Assembly: GCA_038496445.1 (NCBI GenBank)
Contig: JALMLS010000100.1
Coordinates: 124,001 to 188,000 of the forward strand
Direction of reading: 5' to 3'
DNA from: Trichosphaerium sp. ATCC 40318
Taxonomy: Eukaryota > Protista > Tubulinea
DNA length: 64,000 nucleotides
The notes under the pieces are model-generated. The model saw only the letters and a program-made list of their open reading frames with translations. It ran no database searches and was not told where the DNA came from. Both the position numbers and the translations under genes were made by a program. Shown piece after piece: positions 13,069 to 26,597 of the stretch (within the stretch, counting starts at the first letter, position 1; each line of letters opens with the position of its first letter).

Positions 13069-14320
13069 ATGATTCCTAACTCATATTCAAGCACTTTACT
13101 TGATATACCAGTTGAATTGATGATAATTATATGTGAATTGGATAAGGATATTTACATAAAATGGCCTCTTATTTGTCGAGAAATGGCATTCGCTTCACGC
13201 TTTAATACATCATTTTGTAAGTCTGGAAAATGGTTAACTTGGTATTGTGGTGATCATTCTGATCAGATTTTTGAAGAATCTTTCTTTGTTGACGGTGTGA
13301 GGCAAGGTAGGAACAGACAGTGGCATGAAAATGGACAACTTTTTATTGTCCGAAATTTTGAGGATGGATTAGCTGAGGGTACTTGTAAAACGTGGTGGAT
13401 GAATGGTAAGAAGCATGTAGAATCTACTATGAAGAGGGGAAAGGTTGATGGGATTAATAATCAGTGGGGTGTTGATGGTAAACTGTACATGACTGGATTT
13501 TATAAAAATGACAAGCTTGACGGTAAATTCAAGAAATACGACGCTGTCAGTGGTACGTATTTCCATCGGAGTTTTTTTTATATGAAAAACACCGTGCCTT
13601 TTATAATTCTATAAGCGCAGTACGTCATAAATTTTGAAAACGAAGAAATTTTTACATTTTTGATTGTCATTCGAGTTAAATCACGTGATGACTTGAAACC
13701 AAAAAAGCAAGAAAACTGAGTGAAAACTTAGCCACATATTTACCGTAACTGATACGCGGAATAGTGTGAAAAGACTGATCACACGTGGCTTTTCTGTAAC
13801 ACAAATTATCTAAAAGTAAATCCATTTTAATTTTACATACAAAACGTCTGAGTCACTTTTGGGCCTATCTTATCTGCAAAATGTAATTTTTTGTTAGTAA
13901 CTAATTGATCGATTTCTAGGATTATTATTAGAAACAGGATGCTATGTAAAAGGTAAATTGGATGGCGTTTATAGAAAGTATTTTAATTCTTTGGAACTTG
14001 ACCAATATTTTGATTCATTGGACGAAGAATCTCAACAACAATATATTGAAAACCATCCTAAAGGTAAACATCAATTACATTATGAGTGTTTCTTTAAAAA
14101 AGGGAAAAAAAATGGAAAGTATAAAGAGTATTATGTAAATGGACAAGTACAAAATGTATCAAATTATACACGTGATAAACTTCACGGTGAACATAAGAAT
14201 TGGTATTTCAATGGTCAAATAAGTTGTACTTATGTCTATAAACATGGAGAGCTTTGTGGTACTCACAAAGAGTGGCATCAAAATGGTACTGTAAAGAAAC
14301 ACTACCAACATGGTTGGTAA
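13069..14320 (+). CDS. F-box-like + MORN-variant repeat protein, paralog 2
   Basis: LLDIPVELMIII...WPLICR followed by MORN_2 repeats (QWHENGQL, YYVNGQVQ). An intron at 13553-13919 joins the two ORFs in frame. Confidence 0.82.
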
Positions 14321-14630
14321 ATATGTTATCTATCAGGCTCTTCAAAATAAATAACACCAATTTTATCTGTGATGTTCACTTCATCGTAACTCACAACAAA
14401 ATCATCAAATTGTTTCGTCAAATGGCAGTCAGGCTTCTGTCTTTGTGTGAATGAATCTAGCTAACAACTATGCTATGAGGAAATCAAAGTTAGTGATTCA
14501 CACGTAGTCTCAGATTTGTTTTTACTGGTCCTTAAACAAAGAACCTTATCGTGATTATTTGGAGTACAGCAGCATTTATTTAAGATAATGTACAGCATTG
14601 CAAAGAAGGGAGTGCTCCAAAGAAAAATGA

Positions 14631-17600
14631 TCATACTTGTTCCAATTCATGCATTGAAAAATTTTCTGTACTATCAGTGACGACAATATCAACAAAAGCT
14701 TCACTACCTGGATTAGCATTAGTATTGACCAATAGCACATTGAAAAAAAAAATGGTTCAAAATATAAAACTGTCTTGAGTCATACCTGCGTCCATAACAT
14801 CACGATGTTCTGCGTTCCTACCTGTCAATCTTCTTGTAACATTTGAAAACTGCTTCGCCAAGCCTATTGTAGTACATGTTAACACAAAGAATAGGGAAAA
14901 GTGGTGTGTAGAAGGCAGTGCTATAGTAATAAAAAAACAACACGTACGTCTGTCAAACACAGGAGCATCAAATAGTTTTATTGTTGGTGGGTTTTTTGTC
15001 ACTTTTTCTTTGAAATCACACCAATCGGGTTGAACATATTTTTTAGCAAACTCATCCAGATCAACAGAAGGTGGACGTGTTCTGTATAAAAATATGAGTC
15101 CGAAAAAGAAAATACAGGTTCAACGATTTGCTTGCTTACCTTGGATAGTGAGCTACTGTACCATGCTTAGAAACAGACCAATATTTACGTTCTGTTATGA
15201 CCCAGAAAGCCAGTGTGATTGGAATCAAAGAGAGTACTGCAATCGCTCCTTTTATAAACAGTTAGGTTTTTTGATTTTCAGAAAGAGAAAAATATTGTCG
15301 TTGTCCAACATACCTCCTTCTACGAAAGAAATAAACAGAATTCCAGCGATAGTGAGATGATATAATATAAGGCCGACCATTAAGTACCGGAAAAAATAGA
15401 ACCAATGCACACCACCTAAGACAAAACAATTAGCACCAACATAGTATTGTTTTTTTTTAATATACCTCCTTCATACTCTGCTTTGCGGACATATATTGTA
15501 TTGTATAGTGATTCCAAGTAAGCAAATAAGAAGTACATACCACCAAAAGGAAGTATAAGTGGAGCCATAGTTGAGTACGAAATCACAATGAGTAAAATTA
15601 ACATGTGCCTCGAAGCCCAGTAATCATACTGATATTGTTTCGCACTAATCAACACAATCATTAGGTTAAAATACAAAAATGATACTACTTGGAGTAAAGG
15701 ACAATTTTGTAATCAAGAAGGGAGGTTACGTACCGGTCAAAAAACTCTAGTTGACGTCTTGTTTTTACCCAAAAATATTTGACAAGAATTCGAATGAACA
15801 GACCTGGCGCACGCCATAGATGCATTGCACTTCCAATGAAACTCGATACCATAACGTAATTTATGAAGAAAGATTGTTGTGAAGGTATAGCAGTTGCAAG
15901 AACAACAAAGATACGCTCTGGACGTGATGCAATGGCATCTAAAAAAAAGTCAAAATACAATACAGATACAAACAAATGTTAGAGTTAGCTACCCACCTAA
16001 CTAACTCACAGAAGCGCAAATATTACTTTGTGTACAATATTATAAAAATTTATGTTCATAAAAAATACAAAGGACGTACTTATGACTTGCAAAACAGACC
16101 CGGCAATGATCTAATTATTTTGTTAAGGCAAAGATAGATATCAAAAAAAAAGTAAACTTCGATATTTCTCTTACCTGAAACAACCATACATTAAACATGA
16201 GGAATAAAACATACTTTGTCATAACAGATGATGTTTGTTCGGACTACAAAAACAAAAAATCAGTTCATCAGGAAAGAGCGAGGTTTCTTCTTTTTTTTTT
16301 TCTGGATTTTTTTTCTTCACGAAGAAAAAATAACTTACCCTTGATGTAAAACCATTGAATACTGATATCAATCTTAATAGGTTTACCATGAACTTTGTAA
16401 ATATATACAAAATCAAAGAAGGTACAACACCTTGAATAAACCATCTCAATATAGTATAAGAGTGGATAATCTTTGAAACAAATCCATATTTTTGTGGAAG
16501 AGCATCTAATATTTCCAAGCTTGAAATAGAAGCGACTATCACGTGATATTAATCGTTTATGATTTACTAATATACATATTATACGTACCTATAAGACTCA
16601 CTGGACTAGCTAAGAAAAGTACTAGTACAAGTGTTATAGCCCACGTGATGATACGTCTCAAAACAAACGATGTTTGAGTAACATACATGTTTTTCCACAT
16701 GATAGCTCTAGAGAAAATAACACGTGTAAGTAGTAGGGCGGGTACACTATGAAAACGGAGGTTGTACTTTGAGTCAGGTGCTATTGAAATCTTCCAGCGT
16801 GCGTTTATATTACTCTGAGATGCAAGCATTGCATCACTGATAGTCTTGAAAGTGACAAAAGCAGTGCCTGTAAAAAACAATCAATCGAACTAATGGCATG
16901 CTCGTTAACGAGCTCTATCTCAGGTATTTCGTATCAAATTACTTACCTGCGTAAGGAGCGCTCTTTGGGTCGTATTTTCTATGTTCTGCTTGAATCTCTG
17001 CTTCAATATCAGCAAGCTGATGCCGATAGTATTTTATTGAATCTCTTTCTTTTCCACAACATGTATAGTCCTTATGTGTAGGTCTTATCCCGTTCTTCTT
17101 ACGGTACACATACGCCTGAAAACATACATAAGAAACTGCACAAACAAGCATGCCAGTATTTCAGAAGCAATAGTCTAGTAGTTCTTGGAAAAAAAAGATG
17201 AACAACCAGTACCTTTTCTAGATTGTTGATGATACTCAATCGTTCTTCGTACTTTTTGTTTATTTCTGGTGTTGATTTAACCCGAGAAACAGAATGTACA
17301 GCGTCTCCTGTAAAATAATTTAAGTAAGTTAACTCTACAATACATAATAATAACTTGATGCTTACCATAGTACAACCGAAACAACTTGCTAAGCTTACGT
17401 TTATCAAGACTTATGTCATCAGTTGATACAGGTCCTGAAGCAAGAACCCATGGAGGTAGTTCTGTATCTGACTCGGAATCACTATGATTCTCGCTGCTCT
17501 TCAAAGCTACAGTGAACTTGTTAGTACAACAAAGACAATCAAATCAAAACAGAAAAAAGAAGGAAAAACAGGTACCTTGCAATGTTATTTTTTTTGACAT

Positions 17601-20175
17601 ATCAGAAGCTCTTCGAATTGTAGTATCATCGTCATTCTCTGTAGCAGGTACTTGTACATCCACAGGTAAGAAAGAAGCAAAGAAGTGTAATGTAGATGTT
17701 GATAAATTAGAGACCATGATAGTGTAGTTATGTGGTTTATGTAGTTCCTTATATTTGCATCGCATGCTGTAAAACTATAATCATAAGTTAGAATTTTTTT
17801 GGTTTCACTTAGGTTGTCGTTGTACGTCTGCGTAAAAGTTCCATAGTACGTAGTACGTAACAAATGTATTATAGAATACACCAAGAACATGGAATACAAA
17901 GTACAGCGAGTTAGGATCGCGATTAGCCATTGACCTAAAACAACAATGAGTTTGCCTTTAAATCCCAGCCGTAAAAGGTAGAAATATTAATCTTACATTA
18001 CATCTAGCCCTGATACATGCAGTGGATGTTCTCTGGGTAAATTCTTATTACCTCCAGTAACTAAAGAGAAACATAAGATGTAGTGTTTTGATGTGTTGTA
18101 CCATTGACAGGAAGAAGAACAAATAGTCCATAGATTGAGTAAAGTCCAACAAGTTTTAAAGCCAGTCTTATAAATCGAAGGAATAGCAATCTGTAAGAGA
18201 CAAGTTGTTAATCAAGATACTAAAACTACTCAAAATTATTCGCACGAGTCTGCTCCATGAGATAAAAGAAGGTCAGCGTCTGGAATACGAATCATATCGA
18301 TAAACCATTTAATAAGGCCTGGTGATGGACTTTTAGGTGCTAGTGGATCTAGACTGTAGCACAAGTATGGTCAGTATGGGATATTTTGTGTGGATATATT
18401 TAATGTATAACGTACACTCCACTAGTGTTTGGCTGCGATCTAGGTTCGTAGAAATATTGAAACCTTTTACGAAATAATAAAAATCCCATAAAGATTAGTA
18501 TGCCAACACCCAAGTTTATGCTGAATGAAATAAAGAATCCTTCAATTGACGCTGGGACTATACTACTTGTGGCATTAAAAACATAAACCTAAATTGATAA
18601 AGGTGAGAATGAGGACAACAAAAAGAAAGTCAATCGAAAATCAAAACACGAATTTTTGTCAACAAATGTCAGAATTAGTTGGTTTGCTAAGCAACTATTA
18701 TAAGTAGAAGATCGTACTTCATTAGTCAAAGAGTCGCCAACAATTGTGAGATTTTGATTGTAGTTAAAATCAATACCAACCGGTTTATTGAAGCTTCCAA
18801 ATCGCTGATACACCAACCCTAGTATAAAAGTAAATAAATGTATTTTATCAAAGTATTGTACCATCAAGGGTAAACCGGCTAACTGATTTCTCTCTCCAAT
18901 CAGTGACGAACTGTAGTGTGTTTAATAACACTATTACACGCTGTTACAACGTACCACTTCTTGAAGTTGATCAGTAAAAGTTATGTACCTGCAAGTAATA
19001 AATACGCATTTGGATAAACTCGCTTGTGTTTGCACAAGTTAGACATTTAACACTTACATTGGTATCCAATCATCCTTTGGTCTAGAGGAACTAATAAATG
19101 TCCCTAATATTCATTGTTAGAAGCAAGAATACTCGCATACACACTCAACCATTTGTAAAAAAGTAGTTCAATCTAGTGTTTCCATGATCAACAGCGACAA
19201 TTCTATCTTCTTGTCTTGGGTTTAAAGCTATACTAAGAGCCCCATCGAATTCACCTTCTCCTGTACCATGAGTTCCAAAAACAGTAATAACTTGGCCTAA
19301 ATCTGTTACCAACAAACATCTCCAAAAGAAGTCAATAAAAAAGTAGTAAGATACCATCATTTTGAGATATACTTTGTATCCTATCGTTCCCTGTGTCTGC
19401 AACAAAGAACGTATCATTTATAGAAGATACAGCTACATCCTGCGGAAGAACAAATTGACCAGGTAGTACACCAAGGGATCCATAGTTTCGCGAGAATATC
19501 CAATCTGTTCCGTTGAACGAAAAAATAGAAATACGATGATTCCCTACGCGCTTTAGGTCATTCTGACACGTGCTTTATAAAATTACTAACCTGAATCAGC
19601 TACATAAACGTCATAACCGACAGAGTCTCCAGATAGACCTACATAATCATTTAAAAACGAATTAACGTCAAAAACGTAATACGTATTTGTTGTAAAAAGT
19701 GCGTTGGTTACCTTTAGGTGCTTTAAGTTGCCCGTCAGCTGAACCCACCTCACCAAACATGGTGTAGAACGTGCCTTGGCTAATTTAGAAATAGAAAAAA
19801 GCCTGAATAGTACCATTTGTGTAAAACACTTGCACACGATGATTGGACGTATCACATACGCCGATAAACGTAGTATTGGGAGTGTAGAGATAAGCTACTC
19901 CGAAAGGACCATCAAACTGCCCTAAATAACTTGTAAGCCGTATTTACGCGTCAACAGCGCTGTAACCCAAGTGGGCACATACATGTCGCTGTCATTGATA
20001 AAAATCAGTAGTATGTTACTCAACGCACCTGGATCTACCCCATAAGTACCAATGGATACCTCCCTTCGTTCTAAAACACAATTAGCTTCGTTATTATTAG
20101 GATTGCCTACTAACCTCCTCCGGCGCGGCAAAACGCTAAAAACAGAGCCACACACAGAAGTGCTGTAGTGTTCAT
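14631..20175 (-). CDS. Signal peptide + NHL-repeat beta-propeller fused to an OSCA/TMEM63/CSC1 (DUF221) mechanosensitive channel
   Basis: Signal peptide MNTTALLCVALFLAFCRA. NHL blades GQFDGPFGVA, GQLKAPKG..VYVADSGNHRISIF, GEGEFDGALSIA..VAVDHGNTRL and FNKPVGID..VGDSLTNEVYVF. Channel motifs LFRKRFQYFYEPR, TGTAFVTF, APD..IMWKNM, FFINYV and YSTMAPLILPFG. Confidence 0.85.
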
Positions 20176-20387
20176 GACATCCGTTTTTTGGTTTTGACTT
20201 AACCAGTCAAATTGCGTACGTCGACGTTATAACTACAAGCTGTCTCAATTGTTGGTATGAGTACCAACACTCCAAGTTGTTTGGCTTTTGTTTAGCTAAT
20301 CTTGGTAGTTTGTAGCGGCAATGACACGTGACAAAAAAGTAAACCATCAAGAGGGAAACATGTAAAGTGAACTTAACCTCTTTTTTA

Positions 20388-23193
20388 TTAAGGATCCTTT
20401 TCAAGTAGTATTTTCTCTTCGTCGTCTACTGTGACATTGGTATCTACATCCAAAATACTAGTCAAATCTTTTGGTTTCCAAACAAAGACGATTACTAAAC
20501 AAGCAAGAAAAGACCAAGAAAAACAAATCATCAAGTTTGTAAAAGCCCAAACAGGAAATCCAAGTACTATTTCATCCATTTCTCCAGGTCTTCTAAAGAA
20601 ACCACATGAAAGCATAGTAAGTATCAAAATACAAAATAATAGCCATGTATGCTCAACAGGATCTTTATAAATGCCTAAAACCTCTAAGTCAGTACAAAGT
20701 TGTTTAGATTAAAAACCAGACCACCATAAAACGTGGTCTTCAACATCACCTTTGACTCCTTCATGTAATTCAAATTTATATCTTCTAACTGTTTTAATCA
20801 AGTACTCTAAGATAAAATGCGTTGCAAGCAGAACTAGAATAAGACTTTAGCAAGAAAGAAACACAAAAAACTTAAGAACATACCAACTATGTTCGCTACA
20901 ATACCAAAGAAAGCAACATTCAATCCACCTGTTTGTAGTGGTTAATTCTGGACTGTATTAAAACGATTCATACCGGGCGCGGGTGCAAAGATATGCATAG
21001 TTACAGATACTACCTGGCCAACTATAAACCCTGCCAATACCGCTTCATACCTAATAAAAAATGTAAGAACAGAAGTTGAATTGCCATTACGCACCTCAGA
21101 GATATCCAGTATGCACCAAGCAAATACGCAGGTAGGCACTGAAGTAATATAGCGCTCTGAAGTACATATAGTGATTTTATATCGAATACTATTAAAGTGC
21201 CAAAGACAACACCAATACCAACAAGAAGTACAGTAATAACTTGGGAAATAATTAACAAAGTTCGTTGAGCAAACCTAATTCCTCATTTTAGTACACTGCT
21301 ATAACCAATATAATACGTACATTGTTTGTCGGAATGGAGCGATTAAATCAAGAGCTATGACACTAGCGCAGCCCATCAAGAGTGAGTCCGTTGTACTCAT
21401 TCTAGTTTTTGTGAAAATTAGTGAGTTTTCTGTTTAAATAGATGTTACATTGCGGCTACTGTACTGGCGACTAGCATGGTAGCTATAGCGTAAGAAAATC
21501 CTCCAATTTCAAGCAAATCGCTATACAGCTCTGTATTAGTTATGGGTGTAGAAAGCAAAAGGGTAAATCCATGCCTTGTAATGATAGAAAACATTTGGTC
21601 GCTGTCTTCATCAGAAACATTTGGATGCCTTACTTTGCCTAAAGAACATCAGCAATGCATTCTCAGGTGAGTATGGAATTTACCTATCAACCCTGTTGCG
21701 ATTGTGGGTATATACGCTAAAAATGTTGCCCAGAACATAAACCCAACACCAATCCTGAACTTCTTTTCATTTTGTACGGCAAACACACGTTGCATTATAT
21801 GAGGATAGCAAGGGAACCTACAAAACAGAACGCTTCACAAATTGAACAAGGTATATAAGGCTTACGCAAGACCAAGCATAGCGAACGTCAGGAAAGCCAA
21901 CTTTTCTTCTGCTGGAGGTACAATCAGCATTGCTCTGGGTAGGTCTTTGGCCAGCTTTATCAATCCTCAGACAGAAGTTAGAAAACTCCTTCTAATTTGT
22001 AAGCACCTTCAAACTCTACGACACCAACACCGACAAGGGATAAGAATGCAAAAACAAGTAGGACTCCTTGTATGGCGTCATTCCAAGCAACAGATCTCAT
22101 GCCTCCCTGATTTCTAACTTAAGCTCCGACTTTCAATTGAAAAATAGTCTCCTTACCAAAGCCTCGTAGATTAGCATCACTACACCCAGGGCCACAGCAC
22201 CTAAAAGTGGGTATCAACTTACTTGTGTGTCAAGTTCCACTCACCCCATACTGCCGGAATAGAACCATTGGAAACACCCTAAATTGTGGTTAGAATTTCA
22301 ATTACACTTGGATTAGCATACCACAGCAGACTGTCCAATAGCTTTAAATTGGCCTATGATATAAAACATACTTCCAACTACTGTTGCGATACTCACCAGT
22401 ACCCGCAGTAACTTTGAGCTATAAATAAAAGTAAATCACGTGGGTTTGGAACAAAAAAACTAAGAAGTTCATTTGTGTACTCGTAGCGATGTTGTACAAA
22501 CTCATTTGGCGATACGTAACTAGTATAATGTAAGTCAAGTAGTGCAGGTGTTAAGTTCGTGAAGATTACCTGTGAATCTTTGCAAGACGATGAAATCTTG
22601 GACCAATAAGAACCATTGATGTAAATATCATTTGCATACTATTTCATAACAACATAAACAATTCCTCCAAAGCACTCTGATAGAATGACATACCTAGCAA
22701 CCCACATAAGAGATTGATATCCCGTCCTATAAGCATCTCCTGTAACACCAACTATCGTGTATCCAGAAAACGCCTAAAAAAGTTGACAACTTACAAAAAA
22801 ACCTTACAAAAATTGTCAAAGTTGTTGTACCGACGCAAACATTGTCAAAAAGAATATCGTAACTCCAAGAGATCCTCCTGCCTAATTCGAAAGTTCAAAA
22901 TAATTTTGTTTAAACGGATAAAACAGTATTATGCCATAGAACCGTTTTATTAGTTTCGTAGACGCTATTTTTGTACCAGGTAATGATCAGCTGTAAATTA
23001 TAAGTTTGTAGAAGAAATATTTATTTTGAACATACCCATAGTCCTTTCTCCACGCTTTAAAAACCTAACAAAGCGTCAGAAAAGTTTAGACAGTTTTTTG
23101 TAGTTGGACTTTGTACCCTAAAGCGCCAAGGCCCAATAAACCGAGTATATACACTGCCAAAACTATCCATACAGCAACGCCGTGGTCAGCCAT
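20388..23193 (-). CDS. Sodium:solute symporter (SSF/SLC5) family transporter
   Basis: Motifs LAGGSLG..LTM, FSGYT, GFPCYPHIMQRVFA and AAMSTTDSLL-like (across a splice), with multiple TM segments in many short exons. Confidence 0.85.
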
Positions 23194-23410
23194 TGCTAGG
23201 ACCAAACTTAGGAAAAAGACAAGTCAAATGACGTAAAGCTGTTGTTTCGTCGCTTATTGTGTCATTGAAATCGTATCGAGAATATTCTTGTACACTTACG
23301 TGTTAACAAACTTTACAGTAGCGTAATATTACAAGTTTATTTTTTGAATATTATCACGTGTTCATGCAGATTGCATATTGATAGTTTTTGGTTGTTTTTT
23401 TTTTCGAATA

Positions 23411-25431
23411 CTATTTTCTCCAGCTTAGGAAATAAGTAGTGTCAAGACCTGTTGCTGTTAACCAGCGCTCTTCATTTTCGCAGTCTGTTCGCGCTTGTTC
23501 ATATTGTTTTCGCATGTCTTCATCATCACCAAATGGACCTACAGGGGCTCCATCGAAAGCTGGAGGAGCAGAGTTATAATCTCGGTTCTGTAAATATTTG
23601 GCCATATTATCATCTGGTTGATCTGATGTTGAGCTGTCTTCTTCGTCAGCAGCTAAGGTATCACGGTAAGCGCTTGCAAAATAAACAACAACATTGTGGG
23701 CAATATGATAACTAGGAGTCATCACTTCGGCGTACCTTTGTCACCGACCATCTTTGATAACATGAATGATATCAATCCAGCTAGAATCAAAGCTAAACCG
23801 GTTCCCGTGTAAATACTATTTCTATCCCAAGGCACCATTGAGTTACCAGCGATAAAATGAAAGTGGAATAATAGAGTTATAAGTGGTAATCTGATAGCGT
23901 TCTGAATGTACACTACAGCAGTAGATAACTTCTTTATAATGATAAGCTAAACAAGTATTTAATGAACTTTGAATCGTACATAGGCTAGTACTTACGGAAA
24001 TAATGTTAAAGCCCAAATTGCAAATAATGTAACCACTAACAAAAACAGTAAAAAACAAGGTGATAAAAAAACAGGAAGAGAAAAAAAAGTTTGAAATGAT
24101 ACGCACAGTACTGGATAAAATGCTGTTCCACAGTTATCATTTGGTGCTTAAAACATGTGAGTGAAAATTCCATTAATTAAATTAGTCCGAAAAGGGATCT
24201 ATAATTACCTGAATTATGACCAAAGAAGCATAGTAGACCATGATAAAAATTCTCCGGTATTGTAGTGATATGTAAGTTTCCAATTTTAGGTATCAAGTTA
24301 AGAGGGAACACTACAATATCAATTAGATGATAAACAATATTTAGTACGCCCACATAATAGACTTCCTATGGTTTGAAATAATGAGGTCCATGCTTGCAAG
24401 TACAATACATTTGCGAACTAAGAAGAAAATAAGAAAAAGCGTTGTATGTTACATTAGTTACTTACAAGTTTCTTAAACGTGTATTCTTTGTAGAGACTTG
24501 AAACAGCCGTAGGAATAGTAGCAGCTGAGTATGTAATTACCCAAGCTATGTTAGATGTACTTTGATTCGCTTAACAAACCGTCAGAAGAAACTACTTTTT
24601 TTGCCAAAAAAACCTATTTTGGTATTTTTGGTATTTTTGGTTACGTACTATGGGACACTGATGGGTACAGAGATACTATAACGCCTAGAATAACCCAAAA
24701 TGCACCTACGAGTTGCCATACAGTGTATCTATAGCGTAGTACAATCATAGAAATAACCACGGTCAGCGGGATAACCTAAAAAACCAGGAACCTCTTAACC
24801 CACGCCTTTTCGGATTAAACCTTTAAGCACGTACGCCTTGGTACAACAATGCTTGAAGAGGTCCAGAAGTTTTCTTTGATCCAAACACCATCAGGGCACC
24901 TGCAAGCGAATCCAAACCACCCACTACAGCGAAAGGTATAAGAACTATAGAGAATAATATGTCCTGGTGACCGCCACGTGCTTATCATTATTTTCCACTT
25001 TGCTACATGCTTTTTCTTACTTTCTGGAACTTCATAAGCTTGTATTAACCCTATTTTATAAGCGTCAGCACTAGTATGGAGTGAAATGTCAGTTGTACTT
25101 TTTTTCTCCGCCTTTTTAATTTTTTTTTTGTTGTAAACTTGTAATAGTACGTCATCATCATACAGAGAGCGAAATAAACAGGTACAGACACGAAATTGAT
25201 AAAAAAAGACAAAAAGAAAGGGTAACTAGTTAAAAGTTATTTAAAATACGTTCCTAGCGCATGTAAAACGCATAAACGTACTTAGGCATCTCATCTGTCA
25301 TCTTTTTAAAGTAAATCTTACCAGCTGTTGATGTGCCCACCAGAATGGACCCATATATCACTGATTGCCACCATGGCACTTGTTTATTCTAATTCTATTA
25401 TACAGACTGCGTAAAAATGAAGGTGTACCAT
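23411..25431 (-). CDS. CRT-like (chloroquine-resistance transporter/CLT, DMT superfamily) transporter
   Basis: Motifs KIYFKKMTDEMPKY, GLDSLAGALMVFGSKKTSGPLQALLYQ, VIPLTVVISMIVLRYRYTVWQLVGA and IPTAVSSLYKEYTFK. The start position is approximate. Confidence 0.75.
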
Positions 25432-26138
25432 TGTTAGGTGATGTCACCAATAAAGTGGGAAAATACGCTATTTTTTGTTTAGTACAATTCTCGTGACATT
25501 TCTTTTTGGGGTGTAAATATTGACGCTTAGTGACGTCACGTTATAAGTCACCCTTTTACGGCATTGTTATTGTTTTTACCTGTTTTTGGTAAGAATATGT
25601 TAGCCCAAAAAGATACATCTTTTGGCATATTAGGAGCGTGCTTGTTATCGATCGTAAAAATGCTTCACACTGTCGTATACGCCAACACAATACTTTAACC
25701 AACCCAAGTAATACAAGCAAGAAATGGTTGTATTTTGTAGGACGAGACTGAAAAGGGAAAAGCAAGAAAGGAAACCGAAATGAACTGTCCTAAATTCTGT
25801 CTTCAATTTTTTGTATTTGTCGAAAAGACAGTTTTTCAGCTTGAGTGGCTATGTGCAAATTACGTAATGTCAACTCATTGCAGTAAAGAAATACTTCGAC
25901 GCTTTTTTTTGTCACATGATTTCTCAAAGGCTGATTTTGAACAGGTTTTTTTTTACTAGTTTTGCCGCCATTGTGGGATCGTAAGAAAGACAATTGCATG
26001 AACATCGCCTTTCTTCAATACCTTTGTTTATCACTTCACAGCCACAAGGCAATTCTTTTGAACAGCAAACAGTTTGATAGTGTAAGTCAATAAAAAAAGT
26101 GTCCTAAGTTGCAACCAGTACTTAAGCGCTTGATGCCT

Positions 26139-26265
26139 GAAAACTTCACCAATCGTTACCAAGCGTAACCGAGAAAACCTAAGTAACACTACGAAAAAAC
26201 GTGGACGTATTTGGCCTAAAATGGTACAAACCAGAAGAGCCAAAACCAGACTATCAAAAGCCCCC
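26139..26265 (-). repeat. Ngaro split repeat B2 (3' terminus)
   Basis: Identical to 26448-26574 (GAAAACTTCACCAATCG...TCAAAAGCCCCC). Confidence 0.95.
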
Positions 26266-26314
26266 CCAATAGTACAGTACAGGAGATGGGGAGCGATAGC
26301 GGCGGTGGAGGGCA

Positions 26315-26447
26315 ATTCGGTAAGACGAGATTTATTGGATCAGTTTTGGAAGTACACAAGAGATGTGTACGATGTAGAAAACGAGAAAACTAGCTAGTCC
26401 ACTCATTTCTTTTCACCCGAAATAAACGCGAAGCATTTATTTCGCAG
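26315..26447 (-). repeat. Ngaro split repeat A2
   Basis: Identical to 30560-30692. It abuts B1 directly, forming the circle-junction sequence. Confidence 0.95.
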
Positions 26448-26574
26448 GAAAACTTCACCAATCGTTACCAAGCGTAACCGAGAAAACCTAAGTAACACTA
26501 CGAAAAAACGTGGACGTATTTGGCCTAAAATGGTACAAACCAGAAGAGCCAAAACCAGACTATCAAAAGCCCCC
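26448..26574 (-). repeat. Ngaro split repeat B1
   Basis: Identical to 26139-26265. Confidence 0.95.
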
Positions 26575-26597
26575 AACTGACACCTAGGTCTGGTTGG

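Noticed and set aside
25500-26138. Short ORFs between the CRT-like gene and the retrotransposon
   Set aside because: No motifs or coherent splice model; probably promoter or intergenic DNA.
26031-26315. 94-aa ORF spanning repeat B2 and the flank
   Set aside because: It crosses the element boundary and has a non-ATG start; likely an artefact.
26139-26574. Repeat-spacer-repeat pattern as CRISPR array or retron/DGR
   Set aside because: Repeats are 127-133 bp and fully explained by Ngaro split direct repeats; the RT is DIRS-type with RNase H.
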